64,000 nt of DNA from Candidatus Micrarchaeota archaeon CG1_02_47_40. Its GTDB lineage: Archaea; Micrarchaeota; Micrarchaeia; Anstonellales; CG1-02-47-40. The notes below the pieces were generated by a model. The model saw only the letters and a list, made by a program, of their open reading frames with translations, did no database searches and had not been told where the DNA came from. Both the position numbers and the translations under genes were made by a program. Positions within the stretch are counted from its first letter, which is position 1. Each line of letters starts with the position of its first letter. The stretch spans positions 13,114 through 77,113 of the forward strand of contig MNVE01000009.1 of assembly GCA_001871475.1 (NCBI GenBank). Direction: 5' to 3'. Below, one piece after another: positions 8,821-17,851 of this stretch.

Positions 8821-10052
8821 AAGTCGCTTAGTTTCCTCTGCCCTATTATCTGCGACTTTTTGAGGTATTCCGGAATAGGGACGCGCAATCTGCCTGCCAG
8901 ATGCTTCAGTGCTTCACCCACTTCTGCAAATACCTCCGGCTTTTCATCAAAGCAGTGCACCGCGTTCTCCCTTACTTCCCAGACTCCGACAGGCACTGTG
9001 TATTCTTCCCCTATTTCCCTAAAAACGACTGCGCGCGCCTGCCTTTTTACTTTATTCAATAAGCCCCAAAGAGTTCCATACCTTCCCGCGTAATACCCTC
9101 CTGCTTCGCTTTGCGCGTAAATGCTTCTTCCCCAGTTCGGTTCGTATTCGTGCGCTACGGAGAATGAGTTTGGCGCGCTCTGCGAAACGCTTGGCTCCAC
9201 TTTCTTCCTCGGCACAGAAATGTCAAGGCCCATCTCCTGCAGTTTCTGCATATTCCAGAGAGTGCTTGGAGCCCATGCCTCAAACTGCTCAAATTCCCAT
9301 GCGCCGGGAAGAAGGAGGATTTCAAAGTGGTTGTGCAGGTATTCTGTAGAGTAAATCCTTATTTCCGAAAGTTCGGGAAGCTGTTTCACCTCTTCCATCA
9401 TTTTCTTCCCAAGCATGTCATCCGTTGCGGTAATCGACCAGCGGGTTGGCACGAGCTTTTTGTTCTGCGGCTTTCCGAGTATGCCTGCAGTCAGTAATTT
9501 CGTTAAATAATAATTGTCAAATCCGTGCGAGTAAAGCTCATTTATCGCCTCCTTTGCAAGCATTCCCTCCTCAACTACCTCATCCACTTTCTTTGGAATT
9601 TTGGGATTGTCTGCAACCCGCAAATTTTTCAGGGGAGCGGAAGCGCCCATCGGCTGCAAGTGGGTGGAAACTGCTATCTGAAAGGAAGGCTTCTTCGTAA
9701 AGGAAATTTCCATATCAATCGCGGAAGTGCTCATAACCGCTTCTTGTGCTTCCAATAATTTCCTCTCCTTTGAGAATACGCCTGCTTCTTTCTTTCCCCT
9801 TATCAAAAGGGAGCAGTTTTCTATTATCTTTTCATAAGGCAAGCCCCACCAGTTCGCGGGATTGTCGTCCATCCTCTCAAAGGAAACCATCGGACCCCAG
9901 CTCACGCTTGGGTAGCCGTATGAGCCGACAAAAAGAAAGGGAGGGGTGGGACCGAACATTTCCTCTTTCATCTTTTCCTGCATGGAAAGCTGGAGCTGGA
10001 GCTTCTTTAGAATGAGAGGGCTTGCAAGCTCCTGCGGGAGACGGGGGTGCAT
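8817..10052 (-). CDS. Nre-family-like putative DNA repair protein with C-terminal PIP-like motif
   Basis: About 410 aa. The C-terminus ends IGQRKLSDF, matching a PCNA-interacting QxxLxxF pattern as in archaeal Nre proteins. The family assignment is from recall only. Confidence 0.3.
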   Translation of the reverse strand: MHPRLPQELASPLILKKLQLQLSMQEKMKEEMFGPTPPFLFVGSYGYPSVSWGPMVSFERMDDNPANWWGLPYEKIIENCSLLIRGKKEAGVFSKERKLLEAQEAVMSTSAIDMEISFTKKPSFQIAVSTHLQPMGASAPLKNLRVADNPKIPKKVDEVVEEGMLAKEAINELYSHGFDNYYLTKLLTAGILGKPQNKKLVPTRWSITATDDMLGKKMMEEVKQLPELSEIRIYSTEYLHNHFEILLLPGAWEFEQFEAWAPSTLWNMQKLQEMGLDISVPRKKVEPSVSQSAPNSFSVAHEYEPNWGRSIYAQSEAGGYYAGRYGTLWGLLNKVKRQARAVVFREIGEEYTVPVGVWEVRENAVHCFDEKPEVFAEVGEALKHLAGRLRVPIPEYLKKSQIIGQRKLSDF

Positions 10053-10084
10053 AAGAAGAGTTTGGAAATTGAGATTTAAAATTG

Positions 10085-10179
10085 CGTTATTCCACCAGTC
10101 TTTGACTGGCAGTTAGCATAGGTGGAATAACGGCTGTCAAAAACCGCCGGTCACTGACTGACGGCTTGCGGTTTTTGAC
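10085..10179. repeat. two tandem hairpins with perfect 12-bp stems (CGTTATTCCACC/GGTGGAATAACG and GTCAAAAACCGC/GCGGTTTTTGAC)
   Basis: Inverted repeats read directly in the 216-bp intergenic region between two minus-strand genes. Confidence 0.5.
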
Positions 10180-10267
10180 AAGAAAAGGAGGGGAGAAGTC
10201 CGCACCTTAAGGTGTTATGCCAAACGTAACGATTGTTAGTTTAAACATAACGATTTGCGTTATGATT

Positions 10268-11875
10268 TTACAGCGAGCTTTCCAAAGCATCCAAATCCAA
10301 GGGGATAATATATGAGGCATACGGAAACCACAAAGAAATCACAGCCCGTATTTCTTTCCCATCCGGTTCAGGAAAGATGTACCCCCCATAGCACTCAAAA
10401 GTGCATATATCCTTAAGGGAGGAGATTTCCGAGGTTTCCCAGGGACCCCACAAATTCTCCGAGCTTGCATACAGCATCCTGTTGTGGCCCTGCGTGGCTT
10501 CGGTTATTATGGAGATATATTTGCCAAGGTAGCCGCTCCATTGGACTGAAAACTCCCTGCCTCCGTTTATGCCAATAACTGGTTCTGCATCGGAGGGGCT
10601 GGAGGACCAGATAGGCTCATTGCTGCCGTCAAAACCCGTGAAATAGCGGTATTCGCTGATTTTTTCCACATCAGAAGCATAGCCTAAATAAACCGGGGAT
10701 TTTCCGTAATCTCCTGTCGCAAGGAAGAAGGTTGCCTCTTCCCCGTCCAACTGCCCGGCGATTGGCGCAATGTTGATGAACTTTGAGCCGGCTGGCCAGG
10801 AAACTCCCTCTACGAGCTCAAAAGTTTCGCCGTCATTTTCCGATTTCACAAGGTAAGAGTCTGTATTGGTGCTGACAGCCCCCCAATCAGGCACGTGCAT
10901 GATGTAAACGTAAATATTGCCGTTTAGGCTGAATGCGCCTGCCGGCACATGGGAGCCCGGAGAGGTTATCTGCCAGTCAATCATTGACTTGGCTAAATTC
11001 CCTTTTTTGAACCACTCCAATTCAGGGCAGTCGCCCTTGGCTGATTTCGCATAGGGGTCTTGCCCGGCCATTTCCCCGTGCTTGTCCCCGAAGAAGTAGT
11101 ATATCTTTCCCTTGTGCAGCGCGGTTGCGCCTAAATCAACCCCGTCAAGCCCGATGTCGTCCTCTCCGGCGGCTAAATGCCCGGTTAAGCTTGGGCTCAT
11201 CAGCCTGCATTCAAGCGGGGGATTGTTAATAATCTGCAGAAAGTCCTTTTCAAAGCATTTGCCTTTCGGAACTATTGAGCCTGTGTCTGAAGCCGAATAC
11301 GGAACGCAGTATGGCGTGCCGTCCGGACAGCCGCATTCCTCGCAATAGGCAATAAGCTCCAAGGTTCCCCGCTTGGGATTGAGGATGCATTTGTACGGCT
11401 GCCCGCCCTTTCCCCCCAATCCGGCGGAGCAGGAGCCAAGGGAGGTTCCGTCAATGCACTTTTGCGATTCGGTTGAGTTTGGAGCCGGCGTAGTGCCTGG
11501 CTCAATGCAGGCTCCGTTTTCGCAGGAAGTCCGGTATGCGCCTTTGCAGTCTATTTTTGAGTATTTCAGCCCTTCTGTTTTTGAGCAGGAAAATTCAAGA
11601 AGCGCCCCTTCATTCAGGCACCTGTCATAATATTCCGTTTCGGTTCCGTTGTTCATTCTAACGAGGGCATGGCTTTGGGAAAACGCGGGATTGGAGGCTG
11701 AAGCGTCAAAATCAGTGCAGGAATACTCTGATGGCTGGATATCCTTGATTGAACCTGCACCAGTGGGGGTTTCCCCGCCCCCTCCTTCCTGCGCACAGCC
11801 GCTCAACGCAATAAGGATAAACAGCGCAAGAATGCAGGAAAGCCCGCCTGATTTCATGAGTATTGTTAAGCACAT
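10268..11875 (-). CDS. secreted lipoprotein with Cys-rich N-terminal region and C-terminal beta-propeller-like (DUF4185-like) domain
   Basis: Signal peptide with lipobox LSGC. Many Cys residues. The C-terminal part has WGPWE / FPY motifs. Confidence 0.45.
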   Translation of the reverse strand: MCLTILMKSGGLSCILALFILIALSGCAQEGGGGETPTGAGSIKDIQPSEYSCTDFDASASNPAFSQSHALVRMNNGTETEYYDRCLNEGALLEFSCSKTEGLKYSKIDCKGAYRTSCENGACIEPGTTPAPNSTESQKCIDGTSLGSCSAGLGGKGGQPYKCILNPKRGTLELIAYCEECGCPDGTPYCVPYSASDTGSIVPKGKCFEKDFLQIINNPPLECRLMSPSLTGHLAAGEDDIGLDGVDLGATALHKGKIYYFFGDKHGEMAGQDPYAKSAKGDCPELEWFKKGNLAKSMIDWQITSPGSHVPAGAFSLNGNIYVYIMHVPDWGAVSTNTDSYLVKSENDGETFELVEGVSWPAGSKFINIAPIAGQLDGEEATFFLATGDYGKSPVYLGYASDVEKISEYRYFTGFDGSNEPIWSSSPSDAEPVIGINGGREFSVQWSGYLGKYISIITEATQGHNRMLYASSENLWGPWETSEISSLKDICTFECYGGYIFPEPDGKEIRAVISLWFPYASYIIPLDLDALESSL

Positions 11876-11947
11876 CGTTTTTATAAATGCGCTGTGCCTG
11901 CGGAAGGAAAAATAAACTTATTTAAACCCCCAGCCCAATAATATCCC

Positions 11948-13552
11948 ATGCAATCAAAGAAGAGGAAATTCATAGTGATTGTCGGTTCGCTCATGAGCGG
12001 TCTTGGGAAGGGAATCGTTTCTGCTTCTGTCGGGAAAATTTTGCAATCCATGGGATACTCGGCAGTGCCGATAAAGTTTGACGGCTATTTGAATGTGGAT
12101 TGCGGCACAATGAATCCCTTCAGGCACGGGGAAGTGTTTGTATTGGATGACGGGACTGAATGCGATTTGGATTTTGGCACTTACGAGCGTTTTTTGAATC
12201 TGAACCTGAATGCGGACAACAGCTTAACAGGAGGAAAAATATTCAAGAGAATAATAGAAAAAGAGAGAAGGGGGGAATTCCTCGGAAGGGACGTGCAGAT
12301 TGTGCCTCATTTGACTGATGAGATAAAAGGGCATGTAAGAATGGTGGGGGAGAAATGGAACGCGGATGTTGTGTTAATAGAGGTTGGAGGGACTGTAGGA
12401 GATTTGGAGAATGGGTATTTTCTTGAGGCGATGAGGCAGCTGGCAGTGGAGGAGGATGTGCTTTTCATACAATTGACATATGTGATGAGCATTTCTCCCG
12501 GCGAGCAGAAGACAAAACCAACCCAGCATGCAACACGATTGCTGTCCAGCCTTGGAATACAGCCGAAAGTGATTGTTTGCAGAGAAGACGAGCCCTTGGA
12601 TAAGGATGTGAAGGAGAAAATCGCGCTGTTCTGCAATGTAAAGGCGGATGCGATATTTGACGACCCTGATTTGGGGAGCATTTACGAGCTTCCCCTTCTT
12701 TTGGAAAAGCAGGGGATGAGCGAGGTGCTCTGCAGGGAGCTTGGGATTGCAAAGAAGAAGGTGGAGTTTGGGGAATGGGAAAAGCTCGTGGAGAGGATAA
12801 AGAATCCTTCAAAAGAGGCGACCATTGCGATTGCGGGAAAGTATACTGCAGTAAAAGACGCATATATTTCCATTTCAGAAGCGCTTGTGCATTCGGGCGC
12901 GAAATTTGGGGCAAGAGTAAGAGTAAAATGGGTGGAGACGAGCGAGGTGGAGAAGGGAAAGAAGCCTTCTGAAGTGCTGGAAGGGTGCGACGGGCTCATA
13001 GTGCCCGGAGGGTTTGGAAAAAGGGGCGCGGAAGGGAAAGTAGAGTGCATAAAATGGGCAAGGGAAAATAAAGTTCCTTATTTGGGATTGTGCTATGGGA
13101 TGCAGCTTGCATGCGTGGAGTATGCAAGGGATGTGTGCGGATTGAAGGATGCGAACACTACTGAAAATGATGAGAAAACTCCCCATCCTGTTGTGGATTT
13201 CCTGCCCGAGCAGAGAAAGATTACTGCAAAAGGGGCGACCATGAGGCTGGGGGCTTATGATTGCGTGCTTGAGAAGGGAAGCGTGGCTTGCAAGATATAT
13301 GGAAGTGAGAAGATAAGCGAGAGGCATAGGCATAGATATGAGATAAATAATGATTACGTGAAGAGATTGGAGGAAGGCGGGCTTGGTTTCTGCGGAAAGT
13401 CGCCTGCGGGAGATATAATGGAAATGATGGAGTGGAAGGAAGGGTTTGGGATTGGCACGCAGGCGCATCCTGAACTGAAAAGCAGATTTTTGGCTCCTGC
13501 TCCCTTGTTTGCGGCTTTTTTGGATGCGTGTTTGAAAAGGCAGAAAAAATAA
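11948..13552 (+). CDS. pyrG: CTP synthase
   Basis: IVGSLMSGLGKGIVSAS P-loop and a C-terminal glutamine amidotransferase domain with GLCYGMQ. 534 aa. Confidence 0.95.
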   Translation: MQSKKRKFIVIVGSLMSGLGKGIVSASVGKILQSMGYSAVPIKFDGYLNVDCGTMNPFRHGEVFVLDDGTECDLDFGTYERFLNLNLNADNSLTGGKIFKRIIEKERRGEFLGRDVQIVPHLTDEIKGHVRMVGEKWNADVVLIEVGGTVGDLENGYFLEAMRQLAVEEDVLFIQLTYVMSISPGEQKTKPTQHATRLLSSLGIQPKVIVCREDEPLDKDVKEKIALFCNVKADAIFDDPDLGSIYELPLLLEKQGMSEVLCRELGIAKKKVEFGEWEKLVERIKNPSKEATIAIAGKYTAVKDAYISISEALVHSGAKFGARVRVKWVETSEVEKGKKPSEVLEGCDGLIVPGGFGKRGAEGKVECIKWARENKVPYLGLCYGMQLACVEYARDVCGLKDANTTENDEKTPHPVVDFLPEQRKITAKGATMRLGAYDCVLEKGSVACKIYGSEKISERHRHRYEINNDYVKRLEEGGLGFCGKSPAGDIMEMMEWKEGFGIGTQAHPELKSRFLAPAPLFAAFLDACLKRQKK

Positions 13553-13554
13553 GA

Positions 13555-13953
13555 CTATCTTTTTCTGTATCCGAATACTTTGTCGTATTTTGGATGGTCA
13601 ATTATATCCAAAACATCAAGCCATATTGAAATTATCTCAATTTCTGCTTGCTCCCTTTGCGGCTGCTTGAGAGTGTAAATCATGCGCCAGTAGCCTGACA
13701 AATCAACTTTCCAGAGGTTGGTTACGCCGTATCCTTGGAGATATTTTGCTGGAATTGCTCTTCTTGGAATCTGAACTCCGTAATCGTAATTCGTTTTCAT
13801 GATTGCCAGCTTAGAGTCAATTGATTTTAGGAGCGTTTGATGGAAAGAGCTTTTTATGCATCTTTTCCTTTCGTCTTTCACTATCTCCTGCAGGTGCAGA
13901 TATTCGTCTTTCGCTTCTCCGAGAAGCTTCACGCTCACCTTCTTTTCTGCCAT
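13555..13953 (-). CDS. RelE/ParE-like toxin domain protein with N-terminal extension
   Basis: C-terminal GYWRMIYTL...IIDHPKYDKVF resembles the RelE/ParE core. Only 2 bp separate it from the upstream wHTH gene. Confidence 0.4.
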   Translation of the reverse strand: MAEKKVSVKLLGEAKDEYLHLQEIVKDERKRCIKSSFHQTLLKSIDSKLAIMKTNYDYGVQIPRRAIPAKYLQGYGVTNLWKVDLSGYWRMIYTLKQPQREQAEIEIISIWLDVLDIIDHPKYDKVFGYRKR

Positions 13954-13955
13954 TG

Positions 13956-14234
13956 CTACACTTCCAGCCCTTCAGCCTCTGCAATTGCAAGCCTCTTATT
14001 CGGATTAAAAGTCCAGATAAAGCCCTTTTTTGTTTCCAGCACAAGCCCTCTCTTCTCCATGTAATCAAGCGCGACATTGAGAGTGGAGCGCATCACTTTG
14101 GTGGGAAGAGCATCTATTATTTTGTTCCTGCTTATTGCAATATCTGCTTTCTCAACTGCCTTCTCAATTGCAAGTATTGTTTTCAGGGTAGGGTAATGCA
14201 CAATCTCCTGCGTTTGTTCTGCCATATTTACCAC
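13956..14234 (-). CDS. small winged-helix protein, putative antitoxin/regulator
   Basis: 92 aa. wHTH-like. First gene of a tight 2-gene operon with the RelE-like gene. Confidence 0.35.
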   Translation of the reverse strand: MVNMAEQTQEIVHYPTLKTILAIEKAVEKADIAISRNKIIDALPTKVMRSTLNVALDYMEKRGLVLETKKGFIWTFNPNKRLAIAEAEGLEV

Positions 14235-14306
14235 GCATAAGTTTATGCCCTAATAAGTATATAAGGCTTTCTTAAGAGGAAGGGTGGTTTTTCTTTCGCA
14301 GCCCTC

Positions 14307-14909
14307 TCAAACAACAGGAGCAGGCACCGGCGGCGCAATCCCTAAAGTCGTGTAGCAGCCAAGCGCGTCTATCGGCAAGCCCGCATTCGCAAAGGAAATC
14401 GCAATCTGGCAGGAGTCAAGCGCCTCCGTATTCACTACAGTGCTCATTCCCGCATTCACCACTAAAGTTACTGAAACAAGAACGCCCGCTATGAATATTG
14501 CCATTGCCACATTATTTTCTTTAAGTTCGTTTATTTCCGCTATGTCTTTTGTAAGGTGGTCAAGGAAGTTGAGCGCGACAAATACCGTTATTATTGCCAC
14601 TATCAAGCCAAATGCCAATTTCACTATGTTTATTACCGCAAGGGAAATCATCAGGGTGGCGGAATACATCGGGTCTATTCCGGCGGTGAATTGGGATACG
14701 CCCGAGCTCACTACGGAGGAGATGGCGATTATTACCGCAGCGATTATTATGCCGACGGCAGTATTGCCTTTTTTCAGCTCCTCCATTTCTTCTATTCCTT
14801 CAGTTAATCTGTCAAAGGCAAGCACTCCTGCATAAACAGAGCCGATTGCAAGCACAACGCTGAAAACGAATTTCACAAACCCGAAAAGAACGCCAACTAA
14901 AAGGTCCAT
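14307..14909 (-). CDS. membrane protein with tandem DUF350-like domains
   Basis: Two repeated TM modules, each followed by an EELKKGNTAVGII / ELKENNVAMAIFIAG motif. Confidence 0.45.
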   Translation of the reverse strand: MDLLVGVLFGFVKFVFSVVLAIGSVYAGVLAFDRLTEGIEEMEELKKGNTAVGIIIAAVIIAISSVVSSGVSQFTAGIDPMYSATLMISLAVINIVKLAFGLIVAIITVFVALNFLDHLTKDIAEINELKENNVAMAIFIAGVLVSVTLVVNAGMSTVVNTEALDSCQIAISFANAGLPIDALGCYTTLGIAPPVPAPVV

Positions 14910-14966
14910 TCCACCACCTGCAGATTAAAACAAAAGATAGTTTAAAAGTGTTTGCAGGGGGTCCTT

Positions 14967-15614
14967 TTAATCGGCAGAGTATTCGCTTAGCTTCTTCTGC
15001 CCCAAATTGTAAAGGGTTTTCCATTTCGTGCGGATGTATGGGGCAAGCTTCTCATCCCCTACGTGCTTTGAGAGAAAAGCCATTGTTCTCGTGTCGGAGG
15101 TGTATCCGCTCCCGAAATCCTCTCCCACTATCTCCTTTATTCTTTCTATCTCCCTGTCCCTAGTTACTTTTGCCATTATGGAAGCAGCCCCTACAATCGG
15201 GTATTTGTCATCCGCCTTGTTTTCGCAGATAAGCCCCATGGGGTTTTTGAGGTATTTTTTTATCCTCTTTGTGAAATTCTCCGCAGGGCAGTCAGGAGAG
15301 TCTATGAACACGCGCGTAGCCCTTGCTTTCATCTTGCCAAGGAGCACTACCACTTTTTGAGCTTCTATCTCATTTAGAGAGTAGGAATTCATCAGAATGT
15401 TGAGCTCGCTTGCAGGCACGCAAAGCACGTGCGTTTCGCAGATTTTCCTTATTTGCGGGTAAAGCTCCTCCCTTCTTGCGGGAGAGAGCCTCTTTGAGTC
15501 TTTCACCCCGAGCCCTTTGAGCTTGAATTCGTCCATTCCCTCAAGTGAGGCTATGCCGAATACCATGGGGCCGATTATGCAGCCCCTTCCCGCCTCATCC
15601 ACTCCGCAAATCAT
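14967..15614 (-). CDS. rnhB: ribonuclease HII
   Basis: MICGVDEAGRGCIIGPMV N-terminus with the DEAGRG catalytic motif. Confidence 0.9.
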   Translation of the reverse strand: MICGVDEAGRGCIIGPMVFGIASLEGMDEFKLKGLGVKDSKRLSPARREELYPQIRKICETHVLCVPASELNILMNSYSLNEIEAQKVVVLLGKMKARATRVFIDSPDCPAENFTKRIKKYLKNPMGLICENKADDKYPIVGAASIMAKVTRDREIERIKEIVGEDFGSGYTSDTRTMAFLSKHVGDEKLAPYIRTKWKTLYNLGQKKLSEYSAD

Positions 15615-15685
15615 ACGGGAAGAATAGGGAAAGAAATAGATATAATCCCGTAGGTAGGGGGGGTGAAATGAAAAGAAGAAGAAAC

Positions 15686-15967
15686 TTAATATCCGACGTG
15701 CTTCTTGTCTATTATCATGTGGTCGGAAGCAGCCAGCACCGCCTCGTAGGGCACTCTGGCAAGCCCTTCCTCCCTTTTCAGCTTCCTTGCCGTGGGATTG
15801 TCAAGATTCGGCTCAAAGAGCAGTGATTCGAGCTTTCCGGAACTCTCATTCACGGTAATATCGACGAGCTTTCCCAAGTCCTCTCCGTCGTTTGTTATGA
15901 TTCTTTTGCCTGCGAGCTGTTTTGCAATAACGAATTTTCCCATAATTATCACCTTTTGAAAGTGCAA
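15686..15967 (-). CDS. PRC-barrel domain protein
   Basis: About 85-93 aa with a PRC-barrel-like sequence. Start may be the internal Met at 15943. Confidence 0.45.
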   Translation of the reverse strand: MHFQKVIIMGKFVIAKQLAGKRIITNDGEDLGKLVDITVNESSGKLESLLFEPNLDNPTARKLKREEGLARVPYEAVLAASDHMIIDKKHVGY

Positions 15968-16200
15968 TACTTATTTTACTGAAATTTATATACCTTTCGT
16001 TGAGTTGATTGGACGCGGCTGGTTATGAAAGTGAAGAGATAAGAGGGGAAATTGAAACTGCAAAGCCCGCGAGGGAGAGCGTCGCTAGCGCGAGCAGAAA
16101 TACCAAAACCATCCACGCAATCCCTTTTTTGTATCCCATTGAAAAAATTGGGCGCGTGGTTTTATTTAAAAGGAAGCGTTTTTGTTCGGGAAAAAACGAA

Positions 16201-16917
16201 CTATTTTACAGAGGAAAGAAGCCGAACTGTGCCGCCCTTTCCATCCTCGCTTGCAACCATTATCCTCTTCCCTTCATCCACCCACTCAAAGTATGTGCGG
16301 TTTTCAGGAAGAACCGACACCCTCACGAGGTAAGTATCTCTTCCAAATTTCTTTTCCCTTCCAAGCGCCCTGTAATAATACTGCGTAATGCTCCTTATTC
16401 CCGGCGGCTCAAGAAGCACCGTGACGTTCCTTCCCCAGCTCCAGCCCTCCTTTACTGAAAGCATCCACTCCTCAAAGGGCATTCCTTCAAATGTCTTTGC
16501 GAAGCCGCTTTTTTCCCTCCCTAAATTATCAAGGCATCCTGAAAATACGCTGTAATTCTCAATGGAGAGATAGGCTTCAAGGCAGCCATACCCTGCTTTT
16601 AGGGAGTATGTGAAATTCTGCCCGTCGCTTTTTGCGTATGAGTAGTTTTCCCCGTCGGAAAGCTGAAGGGGCATAAGGGGAGTCAGAGTTTCCTGCGAAT
16701 AGGAAGTGGAAATTTTAGGGGGGGAGAAAAAGTTGAGGTAGAGAAAAAAGAGGAAAAAAATCGCAAGAAAAACGCCCAAAATGAGGATGAATTCCCTTCC
16801 TTTCTCAATGGCAACGGAGCGCATGGCTGAAGTGATTTCCCCGTCTGAAACGGGATTTTTTCTCTTCATTTCAACCACTAAGCCTTCTCTCTTTTCGTCT
16901 CCTTCTGATTTTTCCAT
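16201..16917 (-). CDS. membrane-anchored hypothetical protein
   Basis: Single TM helix followed by a soluble domain. The start is trimmed to an internal Met so it does not overlap the divergent IPK gene. Confidence 0.35.
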   Translation of the reverse strand: MEKSEGDEKREGLVVEMKRKNPVSDGEITSAMRSVAIEKGREFILILGVFLAIFFLFFLYLNFFSPPKISTSYSQETLTPLMPLQLSDGENYSYAKSDGQNFTYSLKAGYGCLEAYLSIENYSVFSGCLDNLGREKSGFAKTFEGMPFEEWMLSVKEGWSWGRNVTVLLEPPGIRSITQYYYRALGREKKFGRDTYLVRVSVLPENRTYFEWVDEGKRIMVASEDGKGGTVRLLSSVK

Positions 16918-17089
16918 TCCTTTCTTGTATCGGTGCACGATTGTATATACTTCTTGCTTGCTGCGGTTTCGTACATCTTGTAAACTATCGCCGCCAGGGC
17001 GGCACAGATGATAAAAAGAATGGGAAGGTCTTCCATATGGGAGAATGGGTGCGGAAAGTAATAAAAGCGCGCTTGCCAAACTCTCCCTT

Positions 17090-17851
17090 ATGATTGTAAT
17101 AAAAATAGGCGGAAGCGCCATCACGGATAAGGGGGGTTTTGAAAAGGCAAGAAAGGCAAGGATAGCGGAGATTGCGAAAGTAATAGCAGGGGCAGCAGAA
17201 AAGGGAAACGAGCCGCTAATTCTTGTGCATGGGGCGGGCTCTTTCGGGCACCCCCAGGTGATTAAATATAAGATAGCTGATGGAGTGCGTACTAAGAAGC
17301 AGGAGATTGGATTTGCGAAAACACATGCGAGCGTGCTGAAGCTTTCTTATTTGCTCATGAGGGAATTTGAAAAGAATGGGATGAAAGTTTGTTTATTTTC
17401 ACCGATTCATTTCATCCTGCAGGAGAAAGGAAAAATAAAAGAGTTTGACACGCTCTCTATTATGCGGGCGCTTGAAAAGAAAATTACTCCTCTTCTGCAC
17501 GGGGATGTGGTGTTTGATACCGTGCTTGGAGGGAGCGTGTGCTCTGGCGATAAGGTTGTTTCCCATTTGGGAAGGAAGGCAAAGAGAGTGATTTTCATTA
17601 CTGAAGTGAATGGTATATTGGATGGTAAGGGAAAAACCATTCGGAAGATTGGCAGGGAAGATTTGGAAAAGTTAAAAGGAGTTATAGGAAAGGCAAGAGG
17701 GCATGACGTTACTGGGGGCATGAAGGAAAAATTGCGGGAGATTATGAAAATCGGAAAACCGACATTTATTGTGGGGGCGGGAAATCTGAAGGGAATTGAA
17801 AACCTTATTTTAGGGAAAAAAGAAGAGAAGTGCACCAAAATTGTTTCCTAA
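17090..17851 (+). CDS. ipk: isopentenyl phosphate kinase (amino-acid-kinase fold)
   Basis: MIVIKIGGSAITDKG N-terminus and LILVHGAGSFGH motif. The start is set at the internal Met. Confidence 0.7.
   Translation: MIVIKIGGSAITDKGGFEKARKARIAEIAKVIAGAAEKGNEPLILVHGAGSFGHPQVIKYKIADGVRTKKQEIGFAKTHASVLKLSYLLMREFEKNGMKVCLFSPIHFILQEKGKIKEFDTLSIMRALEKKITPLLHGDVVFDTVLGGSVCSGDKVVSHLGRKAKRVIFITEVNGILDGKGKTIRKIGREDLEKLKGVIGKARGHDVTGGMKEKLREIMKIGKPTFIVGAGNLKGIENLILGKKEEKCTKIVS

Noticed and set aside
12307-13601. Multiple minus-strand ORFs inside pyrG (12307-12681, 12465-12914, 12682-13050, 12875-13468, 13221-13601)
   Set aside because: Antisense to a high-confidence CTP synthase gene. Low-complexity translations typical of shadow ORFs.
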